This document shows, piece after piece, positions 7,659-20,000 of a stretch of DNA of 54,815 nucleotides. A model generated the notes under the pieces. It searched no databases, was not told the DNA's origin, and was given only the letters and a program-made list of their open reading frames with translations. The position numbers were made by a program, and so were the translations under genes. The stretch covers positions 1 to 54,815 of IMG/VR virus record IMGVR_UViG_3300024999_000137. One strand, given 5' to 3'. Source of the DNA: a virus. Its lineage: Duplodnaviria > Caudoviricetes. Position 1 is the stretch's first letter, and each line of letters starts with the position of its first letter.

Positions 7659-7957
7659 GGATTTGACGCCGAAGCAACAGCCACGGACACGGCACTTGCC
7701 GTTGCTGGTTTGTTTGCTCGGTAGACCCCGATTGCCGTGATCTGCCTGGTGTTGTTTTCCGTGTCGAGTACGGCACCTCCGCCGCTGGCAAGGGTCTGGA
7801 AATCTTCGTCACCCTCGCCATACTTCACCTCGATGGCCACCTCTTCGCCTACGGACAGCCCGTGGGCGATGAATGACACGGGGTGATTCACCGTGATAAC
7901 CGTGACTGAAGCGGATATTTCCGCCTCCGTCTTTGCTGCGATAATCGTTTTCGGCAT
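7655..7957 (-). CDS. small beta-rich putative virion protein
   Basis: AAGGAG RBS; composition and location in the structural operon. Confidence 0.7.
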   Translation of the reverse strand: MPKTIIAAKTEAEISASVTVITVNHPVSFIAHGLSVGEEVAIEVKYGEGDEDFQTLASGGGAVLDTENNTRQITAIGVYRANKPATASAVSVAVASASNP

Positions 7958-8018
7958 GTATCTCTCCTTGATTTATTGTTGCTTCAGCTTATTGCCCGCT
8001 CTCGCGAGTTTAAACATT

Positions 8019-11000
8019 TTATTGTTCCCGTGCTCTTTCCGCCCGTGACGGCCTCGTCATCTTCTTCACTGCCGCCCTGATTGAGCTTGGCTTGATCATA
8101 ACGATGTCCGGCCTTCCAGACCGTCGCACCTTCTCGTTGTACGCCTGGATATCGGCCAGGATGCCGGCCCATTCCGTCAAGGTCTGCTTCTCCGGGTTCT
8201 GGAGATAAAAGCGGCGGATTTCGGCATAGATTACGGTCCTCTTGTCGCTGTACCGGTCTACCACCTCTTTCTCATTCCACTGTTCTTCCCTCTTCGACGA
8301 AAGAGAAGAGGGATTGAAGGAGAAGAATCGGATCACCGCGTCAACCCCGTCGCCTTTCACCGGGGTGTCACCGTAGAACACCGGCATGTTCGTTGCCGTG
8401 GTAATCCCCTCCCGGTACTCCCGCGCCGCTTTGATCGGGGAGCCCAGCCCGGTCGGCAGCATCTTCTCTGCGCCCTTCATGATGTCGCCATGGAAGACAT
8501 CCTTCATCCCCCGGTACTCATCGAGGAAGACGCTCGCCGGGGCACCAAGCAGTTCGTTGACAGTAGTCGGTATAGCAAAGTTGATCTGCAGCGAGCCTTT
8601 CAGGTTCACTCCGCGCCCGCCCAAGCCCGCCACTCCGTGCCGCATCCACTCGCCGCCGCCGAATACCTCATCCGCCCATTTGTAGAGATCCTCTTCCGGG
8701 TCATCGAAGCCAAGGGCAAGGCCAAGGCCCTGGAGAAGAGGAGCCGCCGCGCTGGCCCCAACCCCGGACAAGATCGCCGGCGCAAGCAGCATGTGCGAGA
8801 ATGCCTTCCAGTCCCTGCGGTTGAACCCGAGATCGAGCATGGTCAGCATGTAGTTGTGGGAGAATTTCTGAAAGGTGTAAGCTGCCCTGATCAGGGTCTG
8901 GCCAGGCCCCTTCCCTTGAGCGAAATACGGCAGGGTCGCCTTGCCGTAAGTGCCATGGGATTTATCGGAAACCTCTTTCGCCAGGGCAAGAGCGTCCTCC
9001 TTGCTCATCCCATTGTCCTGCTCGGAGATGGCCTTGTAGGCCCCATAGATGGTTGCCGCCCGGTTGAACTTCTCCGTTGCCCCGAACATGAACATCGCGT
9101 AGCGCATGAGAGAATCGTAGGCATTGCCGAACTTGCCCCTGACGGCCTGGTATGCCTCCTGGTTGAATTGCGCCTCATCCCAACCCCTGGCGCTGATCTC
9201 CTCGAATATCGCCTTGTCATCCGAGAGAAGTTCGCCGCCCGTCCGGAACTTGCGGTAATCGTCAGCCGCCCGGGCGATGTGCTTGAAGGCGTCGGCGTAT
9301 GGGATTTTGCCGATGCCGTGCATGACTGCCGGCACGGCCATGACCATGTTCGTCAGGTTTACCGCCGCAGAGCTTACCCGGAAGCCAAGGAATTTCAAGA
9401 CAGCCAGGCCTTTGACGGTGCCCAAGATGCGGTCATAGGCTTCCTCGTTGCGCAGGTAGTGCTGCATGTGATGCATGACATCATGGTAAGCGTTCTTCTG
9501 TGTGGTCGGGCTCAGGCGCCGCTTATTGACCATCGCGACATAGTCCTCCCACTTGGCGTCGTCTCCATTGATCAGCTTGAAATCCTGCCATGAGATATCC
9601 CGGCCCGTGATAGCCAGGACCATATCTCGGGCCACATCGCGCTTGGCGATACCGGAGGCCATCCCCCTGGCATACTGCGCGGCAGCCTTCAGCGGATCTT
9701 CCTCGAAACCTTTCCAGTATGACGAGTGGTCCCGCTGAATCATCGAGGACCGGAAGCCGCGGGCCTTGAAGATGCCGGCAATCTGGTTCGTCACCGTCTT
9801 GTTCAGTTCCCTGGCCACATCGCTCTCGTTGTCTTTCGCCGTGGCCTCCTGCATAACCGCGTCCACAGCCATTACCAGCTTTGCGGCCTCAAAAACATCT
9901 TCAGAAACGCTTTCGTCTTTGGCAATCGTGACGTGATACCCTTGGGCCTCAAGCTCGCGATTCCGACGCATCATCGGGGTGGCATAGTTGGCCTTGTCCT
10001 TTATCCAGGCCATTTCCTTGGAATCGTCCTTGTAATTGTAAGCGTGGACATCGAAGTGCTCGCGGATGCCGTCCTCGCCCTTCTTGGTGGCGATCAGGGC
10101 GAAGCTGCCAGGGTCACGATGCCTCGGGAAATATGTCCCGCGCAGGTCGCCCATGGCCGCCAGCGCCATGGTCAGGGAGACCTCCACCTCATCCTCGCCT
10201 GGGGTATATTTTTTCACCACCAGGTCAACCCGCTTCGATGCGTCGACGAGCGCCTTCGTCGGGCCGTGCAGCTTGGTATGGGGATGATTCCACAAAATGT
10301 TGATGAGGTCCGGCCTTACCACGGCCTCGATCTTGACATAATGGTTGGCGTCCTCCTGGGTGTCGAACCAGCGGATAACACGCCCTGCCTCATTGTCCCA
10401 CACCGCATATGGCTTGGGCGCGGAGATCTTGACCTTCGGAGTGTCCACGCCGTTTGCCGCCGCCTCGTCCATCAAGGACCGCATCTGCACGGCCAAGTAG
10501 TCGAACCCCCGGTTGAATGATTCTCGCACGGAACGCCACACCTTGATTGTCTCCGAAGCAAAGCCAAGCTTGACGAGATCGGCCTCGCCGGCGTCGAGCA
10601 TTTCTGTGATGGCGTCAACCTCTTCAAGGTTCTCCTTCTCCACTTTCCCCTTCGGGCTCATGAGCTTCCATGTTCCGTCCTCGGCCATCTCGATCTTCCA
10701 GCCCTTGCCGGTACGATCTGCCTCAAGGAGTTGCGCCGCCAGCTTGCGATATTCTGCTGGGTTGCTGTCCTGCAGGGCCTTGAGCTTTTTAATTACGTCG
10801 CCAAGAATGTCGTTTTCAACCGCCACCTTCCGCTCGGTCTTGGAGAGTACCGCCTTCATGTACCGCCCTGCCGCCTCTACCTTCTTGAAATAATGCTCAG
10901 GGGTGGAAAACCAGCGGTCAAGGATGACATTGCTGTCCCGGTCGTAATGTTTTGACTTAATCATCCCGGTGGCGATCTCTTGCTGGTCCTCCTCAACCTG

Positions 11001-14000
11001 CTCATCAATATCTGTCTTGCGCGGCTTGGTCCCCTTCGGTGGCGTGTCGTCAGGTTTTTTAGGGAAAAGATCATGGTCGATGGTGATGGCGCCGCGCTCG
11101 TTGCCAAGCGGCGATTTCTGGTATGCCTTCTTGGCCTCCATGAAGAGCTTGCCGACGTGCTGCCGGAAGCTGGCCCATGCCTCGCCAAGGTGCTTCTTCA
11201 TCGCCCTGGTGAAGTCCTGGAATTTCCTGGAGCCGTCCGCATAAACCATATTTCCCAACCGGTGAAGATGGTCCTTGGCCGCGGCGAACGTCTTGCCCTT
11301 GACGATGACCTTGACGAGATCCTCCAGGATGAAGGCCCGCCCGGTTTCGCTGAGGAAATTGTCTCCTTCTTCCTTGCGGTTATTGGCCTCCAGGATCAGC
11401 AGCCGCCACCGGTTCGGGTCGAGATCCTTGGTCCGGCTGTCGTCCGCCGCAAGCTCTGCGGTGATCTCGTTAAGCCGTTGTTCCTTGCCGGCAAGCTCCT
11501 CTTCCCCTGTGAATCCTTCGCCGCCTGCCGCTTGCAGCTCTTCAAGCCGGATCTTGGCAATGTCGCGGTTGGCGTCGTTGTTTTTACGCATGGCAGCGAT
11601 GTTGCCTATCTGGTTGTTTAACCGCTGGACAAAACCGGCCGGGCTGAAATTGTCAAAATCGGTCTTGGAATAATACGTGCTCAACTTGTACAGCAGCGCC
11701 GTGGATACGGAGTCCACCGTGGTTCCGTCCGGGACGATGGTAAAGGAAGCTCCAAGCGGCTTGCCTGTCTTGTCTACGGCGGTTGACATCTCACCGAAAA
11801 TACCGAACCCTCGATACTCTATATCCATGAACGCATATTTGCGCGGCGAAGAAGGGTTCTTGAAGAATCTTTCAAATATGTCCTGGATAGAGTCAACGGC
11901 CCCCTCCCTGGTCAGCCGCGTTTCCTCATCCCACGCCTTTTTCGCCTCGGCGTTTGCCTTCTTGTGCTGCTTGTCGCCCTCCTCGCCTTCCTGGTATTTC
12001 TCCCTGGAGATCTCGACGAACGGCGCACTCTTGTAACCCGCCCCCCCGACCACGATATCAAAATGCCCCTCTTGTTTCTCCACCACGGCCTTGCTGTAAA
12101 TGGCCAGTGATTCCTCGATCTGATCGTAAAGCCCACCTGGAGCCAGCAGGTCTTGGTACTGCTCGGCATCCCTGGCGATGGTGTTGCGCTGGCGGTTCTT
12201 TGACTTGCGGATCGCCTTGAGCTTCTTCACCTCGCTGGACAGCTTTACCTGTTCCATGATGCGGGGATCTCCGGAAGCCGCCGCTTTCATCTCCGCCGCG
12301 CTGGCAGCCTCGCCGGTGATGTCCTCCACTTCGCGTCCCGATTCCTCGTTGAAATCCCGGAGCGATTCGACAACCACGGCCTTGCCTTCGATGATCTGCC
12401 AGCGCCTGGCGTCGTATGTCTCCTTGGTGGCGTAGCGGTTGATTGTCACCTCGAAGCCGTCAGGATCTGCGTTGAAGAACATGTTACCCTGTCGGAGAAT
12501 GCGGCCTTCACGCTGTTCAAGATCGCTCGGCCGCCATGGTGCGTCGATGTGGTGCAGGGCAACAAGTCTATTCTGCACATTCATGCCGGCGCCCATGAGC
12601 TGGGTTGACCCCATGAGGATACGGACATGGCCGGTTCTGACCTTCTCCATCAGGTCATCCTTTTGCTTGTCGGTGTTGGCGTCGTGCATGAAAGCTATCT
12701 GGTCAGGGCGGACGCCCATTTTGATCAGCTTCGCCTTCATGTCGTCGTAAACGCTGAACTCCGATTTCAGCATATCGAGAAACCCCGGAGGAAAGGCGTC
12801 GAGCTTTTCCATGGCGGCAATGTCGCCGCGCTCCGCCGCGTCCATCAGCTTCTGGTATGCCTCCCGCTGCTTGGCCACGGCCTTCTTGGGCGCCGACATA
12901 TCGAGGAAAACAAGCTGTGTGCCCTTCTTGGCGTCCCGCTCTTTATAAATGTCGAAGATTTCCCGCACTGCCCGGTTCACCTTGCTGCCCGGCTCATCCG
13001 GCGCACTCGGGTCAATCAGCCGCATATCCAAGGCTGCCTTGGTGGCGTCCGTGGTGAGCTTGAGCATGTTGTCTTTCTTTCGGTCCTTCGGATCCATGTT
13101 CTCGGCCCGCAAGATGACGGCCTCCATGTAGGCCCCCTGGATCTCGCTGCGATCCACGACAATCCGCTGTTGGGTGCCGCCTTTCATCTTCGGGATAGGC
13201 CAGCGCAGGCCCATAGCCTCGGCCATGGCAACAAGCTTTTTCTGCGAAACGACATCCGCGAAGGTCATATACAGGCTCATCAGCTCCGGCATATTGACAA
13301 ATTTGCGGAAGCGGGTCTTCTCCGCGTACCTCACCCCGGTTGCGTCAAGTTCCCAATCAGTATCCCGTTCCGCAAACACGTCGGACCAGGCGTCAAACGA
13401 GGCGATGCGCCGCTGAACCAGGGTGTCGTACTGCATGAACCGCTGCATGGAAAACATTTCCGCCAGGCTGTTGCTGACCGGGGTGCCGGTGGCGAGAAAC
13501 ACCCCCCGCCCCTTGTTGGCCTGCTGGATGATGCGGGCTTTGATGAACAGGTCGGTCGCCATCTGCGAGCCGGTGGTGTTGCCCAAACCTGGCGTTGACC
13601 CCTTGCGGGTGGCAAAGCCTAAGTTTTTGAACTCGTGAGCCTCGTCAACGAAAACGGCATCAACCCCCATCTCCTTGAAGTCCATCACCGTGTCCTGCTG
13701 CTCGGCGATAACCTTGAGCTGGTCTTTCAGCTTGTCCCGTTTGTTCTCCATCTGTTTGACGATGCTGCGCGGCGCCGCATCCTGTGCCGCCTCCCGGATG
13801 GCCGCTTCATATTCGGCGATCTGCTCACGGATATATTCGCGATGCTCTGCGGCCGGCACACCTATTTTCTTGAAAGAAGAGTGCGCCACAATGACCGCGT
13901 CCCAATTACCCGTTGCTATCCGGGAGAAAAGCTTCTGCCGTTTCCCCTTGGCGAAGTCAGACTTGCCGGCTGCCAGGATATTGGCTCCTGGGTAAAGCCG

Positions 14001-17000
14001 GTAAAAATCAGCGGCCCATTGTTCAATCAGATGGTTCGGCACGACGAAGAGCGGCTTGTTGACCAGGCCCATCCTCTTCATCTCCATGGCTGTGGCGACA
14101 AAGGCAAAGGATTTTCCTGCGCCTACGACGTGGTCAAGCAGCACCATGCCGTCCTGGATGGCCCGCCATACCGCATTTATCTGATGCACCCGCAGCTTGA
14201 TACTTTTCGCCATACCGGAAAATGTCATGTGCCCGCCGTCAAATTTCCGTTTGGCATGGGTGTTGTAAAGATCGTTGTATATCCTGCCATAGGTTTTCCG
14301 ACGCTCTTTCGACCCCGGCCCGTTCCACAACCATTCCTCGAACTTGGCCCGGATCTCCCCGGCTGCGCTGTTGGCCGCCATGGTTGCCTCGATATCGTTC
14401 TTGCCTTCCCAGTTACGAATGACGATGGACGAGTTTGTGATTAACTTCTCCATCAACGTCTCGGCCCCCATGTGCTCGGTGCCGTGCTCTTTGCTCTTGG
14501 CCCGGTTCCCGGCAGAGACTGAGGCAAACCACCGACCCAGCTTGTCGTTGTATTTTGCGACAACCTGGCCGTCCAGGAGATGATCGGCGAATGAGTCAAA
14601 GACCTCCTGCGTCAACCAGGGCGAAGACATGAAGGCCCGGATATCTTCCGGGGCGATATCTTCAGGCTGCACCTTCTTGAGCGCCTCGACGTTCTCCCGG
14701 AAACGCGGGTCATTGATGGCTGCCTGTTTGGCGGCTGACAGTTTCGCCTTCACGTTGCCGGAAAGGTACTGGTCCTTGGTGACGTAGCCGTCTTGCGGGT
14801 CTTCATAGATCGCGTCGCCAAGCTCGTTGACAAGGTACTCTTCCGATTTGCCGGTGAGCTCCATCATCCGGGCCATGTCCACCGTACCGGATTCGTTCAG
14901 ACTGACGAGCAGGGCATCCGTGCCATTTTCAACTTTCTTGATCTCTTTATCAGGGTTGATTACCCGGTCAAAGAATATGGCGGCCTTGTCCGCCGACGGG
15001 CCGCGCTTCTTCTCGCCTGTCTTCTTGGCAACCGCCGCCGTGATGCCGATGTCGAAATTTTCCTCTAGGGCGAGGAGACGCGGATAGTCTGGATCTGCAG
15101 CCAGGGCCGACTTGTTGCCCTGCATGTGAAAGAAGCTGTGCTCCGCGACAAATGCGTCGTATTTCTGGTTGAGCGTTTGCCGTAGCCGGTCCATCCTGGC
15201 GCTGTTTCCTGCTACGCTGGACTCCTCACTGATCAGGTCGGACAATGCATTTCTGACCGGGATGGCGGCCTTTACCTTTTTTTGCTGCTCCGCCGTGAGA
15301 ACAACGTCGGCCTTCTCCCCGGCTTTCCACCTGGTAGGCGGTCCGGACACGGCGGCCCCGTTTTCGTCTGGCATCCGCATCCGCACGGCCCCGCCCTTGG
15401 CAATGAAGAATCCATTGACCTTGGTCCCCTGGGGAATGTCGCTGTCTGCCTTGATAGCCACGGATGGATCAATGAAAGATGTGGTCTTGGTGAAGATGCC
15501 TTCCGGTAGCGACTTGATGGCCTCGGCCAGGTCGTCGGCCAGGTTGCCGCCCTCCCTCGGGGAAAGCGTCGGCAGGTCTGCCCGGTACATGGAACCCTGA
15601 CGGGTCATGGAGCCAAGCATCATGTGTGGATTTGCCGCGAAGTATTGGCTTACCGGGATGGGCTCGCCGCCGTTCTGGTCAGGCACGGTCGTGGTCTTGA
15701 CCCACTCGTTCGCGCCGATGGCTGCCGCGTCCCATTCAAGAGGGGCCTGGCGTTTCTGGAAAAATACGATGTCGGTGGTGACGGTGGTGCCGGTGTTGCC
15801 AAGAAAGGCGGTATCGGGCAGGCGGATGGCCCCGAGAAGTTCAGCATGGCGGGCCATCCATATGCGGTCATCCATGGCACCCTTGTCCATCAGGCTGTTC
15901 GACACGACCATGGCCGATATGCCGCCAGGGCGCAGGGCATGAATTGCTTTGGAGAAAAAGAAGTTGTGCAGGCTCTGGCGTAAAGGCTCACCGTTGATCC
16001 CGAGAGCGGTAAAGCCTTTGTCACGAACCTTCAGCTCGGAAAACGGCGGGTTGCCGATGGCGAAGTCAAAGGAACCTTCCTTGAGGGAAACATCCTGGAA
16101 GCCGATGGGGGCTGAGATATTGGCGTTGGGGTAAAGCAGCTTGGCGATGCCGCCCGTGATGATGTCCAGCTCTACGCCGGTGACGGTGGTGCCGCTGCGG
16201 AAAGAAGAAGGCATGAGGCCGACGAAGTTGCCGGCGCCCATGGAAGGCTCAAGCATCCGGCCGCCGCGCACGCCAAGACGCCGCACGGCTGAGTAGATCG
16301 CGTCAACCACAACAGGGGAGGTGTAAAAGGCGGTGCGCGAAGAGCTTCTTGCTTCCTCGAACTCTTCGCGGGTCAGGAGTTTTTCAAGCTCACGCCTCTT
16401 GCCGGCGAGGCTTTCGTTCTGGGTGTTGAATATGCCGTTGAGCCCGCCCCATCCTGAATAGAGAGCGAGCTTGCCCTGCTCTGCGGCGGTAGCTTTACGG
16501 CCAGCGGATTGCAGGGTCTTCATGAGGCCGATGGCCCCGAAGTTGTCGCTTATCCGGCGAGACTGGCCCCGCTTGTAAAGGGCCTCGATGTCTCCACTGG
16601 TAATCCGGTAATTGCCGGCTACGCGACCATCAAGCCCGGTTCCATCAAGGTTTTCGGGTACATCGTCTGCCTGATCTCCGCCATCGCTTCGGCTTCCGTC
16701 AGCCCCCCGGCCATCAAGCCCTGCATCTCCAGGAAGGCCAGCTCCGCCGCCGCCTGCATTATCTTGATTTCCCTTTCCGTTGCCAGGTGCGGCTGCTTCT
16801 GGCGAGACTGTGACCACTTCGTCAGGATTACCCGGAAGATCTTGCTTTGGTCTATCGGCTCCCTGTTGTCCATTTTTTTTGTCCCCCTTCTCTTTAATAT
16901 CAGATGTTTCCGCCTGGTTGTCAACAGGTTCCGATGTCCAAGCCCCTTGTTTTTCACTCACCCACGCCTTGGCATACGGGCGGATATTGGCGCCGAAGTT

Positions 17001-20000
17001 CTCCACCAGGAACTTGACGAGATCGGCCAGGCTTTTGCCCGCCTGCCGGAACTTATCAAGAGCTGCCTCGAAGTGCGGCTTTGCCTTCAGGTAGGTGTCC
17101 TTGTCGATGTTGCCTGGGAATGACTTGAGCGAGGCCCCGCCGAAAAGCTCATAGAGCCCGTTGATGGCCTCGCCCACGCCTTCAGCCCCGGCTTTGGCTG
17201 CCTTGGCCGCGATGTCTGCGGCTGATTGGGGTGATGGGGAGGCTTTCTCGTTCGGGTCGTAGTTCTTGAACTTGTCCCGGATATCCGGATGAGCATCAAG
17301 AACTTCCGTCGGAACTTCCGCCCCTCTCCGCAGGTAAGATATCAGCTTCTTCCTGGTTTCGGAATACCCTAAGCCGCCAAAGCCTCTTGCTGGTTTAGGC
17401 GGTTTGCTGAACGAGAGTAACGCCCTGATAGCGCTTATCCTTCTCGGCGTCCTGTACGTGCCAACCGGCATAATTGCCGCCGCAGGATTACCGCCTGCCG
17501 TGATGATAACCGGGCGATCCTGATCTTTACCAACCAGGCGTATGTCATATATGTTGCGCCCGGCATCAACCAATTGCCCGACTACAAAATCAAGCTTGTC
17601 TGCGTCGAGGATGACCGCCCCATCGCCTTCACCCTCGGCGACGTAAACCCTTCCGGACTTGGACAATACAATCTTTTCCCGGTTATCCTCATCTACAAAT
17701 GGTACATTCTTGTCAATGTGCAATGCCACATTGAGCGGCTTATCGCTGTCCAGCTTGGCATAAAATTCGTTCTGCCCGCCCTTCGGCATATTGTAGATGT
17801 TATTGCCGGCGTGTTTTGCTGCGACAGATGCGGCCCGGTCGCGCAACTCTTTGCTGACAAACTCTTCTCTCAGGTGGAAATGACCGTCAGAAAAACCTTC
17901 ACCTTCGGCCATGAAGGCCAACTGTTGGTCCTTGGTAAGAAAAGGCACGCCCTTGGCCATGCTTATTTTCTGGCGATGAACCAGGAGAAGGTCGAGGTCG
18001 CGCATCTTGTCTGCTTCCGCGATTACTTCATTCTTGGCTGGACTCGCCTTCTCAGACGGTGCCGGTACTGTTTCAGCGCGTGGCTGATCAAATTTGTCGA
18101 TTTCTTCCTTATCCGCTAAACGGTAATCACCAGGGGACCAATGCCTACTTTGATCAGCAAGCCTGATCCTTCCGTCTGCTTGAATATGGGCAACTATGCC
18201 AGGCTTGAGGAAATAGCTATTTTCTGGAGTAGGTTCAATAAGGTCGCCTATCCTGAATTGCCGGACTTCAACTTTTTTTGTCTCCGTCTTCCCCTCAGCC
18301 GCATCGAACATGCCGTCAAGCGCATCCATGGAGATGGCGGTGATCTCGTCGTCAATGGCAGGCTTCTCCCTCAGAACGGGAGCAACGCCACCGCTTCCCC
18401 CCGGAGCATCCGCCGCACGGCTATCCTTCTCTCCGCTGGCGGCAACAGGCGCAACAGGATCTTTTCCCACAGATGGAGCTTCATCGGCTTTGTCCTTTTC
18501 TCTCGTAAGATTATATTGTCGCGGCCCTGGACCTGTGTAATCCCTTAAAATGGCATAACCGAACAGGCCTGTTTTTAGCGAGTAAACATCAAGGGATGTT
18601 CCCTTGATGGCTTTTTCTACATCCTTATCAGTTACCCGTGGAGTTTCAAAACCTCCTTCAATAAATCCTTTTTCTGCGGATATCTTAAATAGCCTGTCAA
18701 AAACCTTCTTCGCCTCTGCCTTCTCTTTGGCTGTGCGGTCCTGCAATGTAGGCTGGATATTCTCCTCTGCAACTTTTGCAACAATCGTTTCACCGGTCAA
18801 GTCGGCCAGGGCGGCCCGCACCTCGGCCTCCCGCTTCTTCGGGAACATCCACCCTTGGTGAATCTTGTTCCACATGCCGCGCAGGCCGTTCTTGTTGAGC
18901 CTGTTCTTGTGGGTGAATGTTTCGCCGACGACGAGGATTGATTTCTCGGAAAGGGGCTTGATTGATAGGGGGGCCTTGGACCCAGCCAAGCCTGGGGATG
19001 CGGGATACTCTGCGCTGTCCTGGGTGCGATCCGTTGCCGGAGTCGTGGGGGCTTCTGGTTTGGATGCGGGATTTTCGGCCAACTTGACCGGGCTGACTGT
19101 CGGGAAAACAAACTCGTTCTTGTCGGGAGAATGGCCCTGCGCCGCATGCTTGCCTATCGTCTCCGCAGGCAAAGTCACAGATGTAACCTTGCCGTACTTG
19201 GCAGCCTTAGACTTGTCCGTGGTCCACCATTCACCGCCATTGTTGTTGTCATCGCTCTCGCCCCGGTACAGCGTTACCTGCTGGCCTGGCTTGATGTTGT
19301 CCCATGTGGCTGGTGCATATTCTTCAGATTGCCGCTGTGTGGCATCGGCAACTTCCGGGGAGGTCGTTGGCTCAGGGATATCGTTCATTGGGGAAGCGGC
19401 CGCTTCATGGGCTGCCTCATCTATGGCTGTCGGCCTTGCGGCTTTGAGGGCGGCAAAGAAACGATCTCTTGCATCCTCCTTCGGTTGCGCCGGTTGCTGC
19501 TCAGCAACTGGCGTCTGCTCACCAGTTTCTGGCTTCGGCTGCTTCTTGCCGGTGAAACCTTCCTGGAAACTGCGGATCGAATTGTCTCGGACAGTGGCCC
19601 GGCCAAGCTCTTCGTTGCTGCCGGCGATGTCGGCAAACAGCTCTTCCCCGCCCTTGACGACCTGGTAATTGTCGGACGGCTCCGGCACCTTGCGGTTGGA
19701 CTCCTGGGCGGCCATGCCGGCCTCGAAGCTGAAAAGCTTGGCCTCGTTGTCGGAGATGGCCGGGGACCCAGCCTGCGCCGGTGCTCCTGGCTGATCACGG
19801 TACACCTGTTTCTTGGCGTTCTTTACCTGGTTGTACTGGTTGGCCCGGGCCTGTGCCGCTGCTTCGTCTTCTGCCGAATATGCAGGGCCGGAGAAGAGAG
19901 GTTTCCCTGTCGAATCAACAGCGGTAGGCCTTACCTTGGTGCCGGCCAGGTCGGCAAGCTCGCGTTTCGCTTCCTCCAGGTTGAAGCGCATCCGGTCCGT

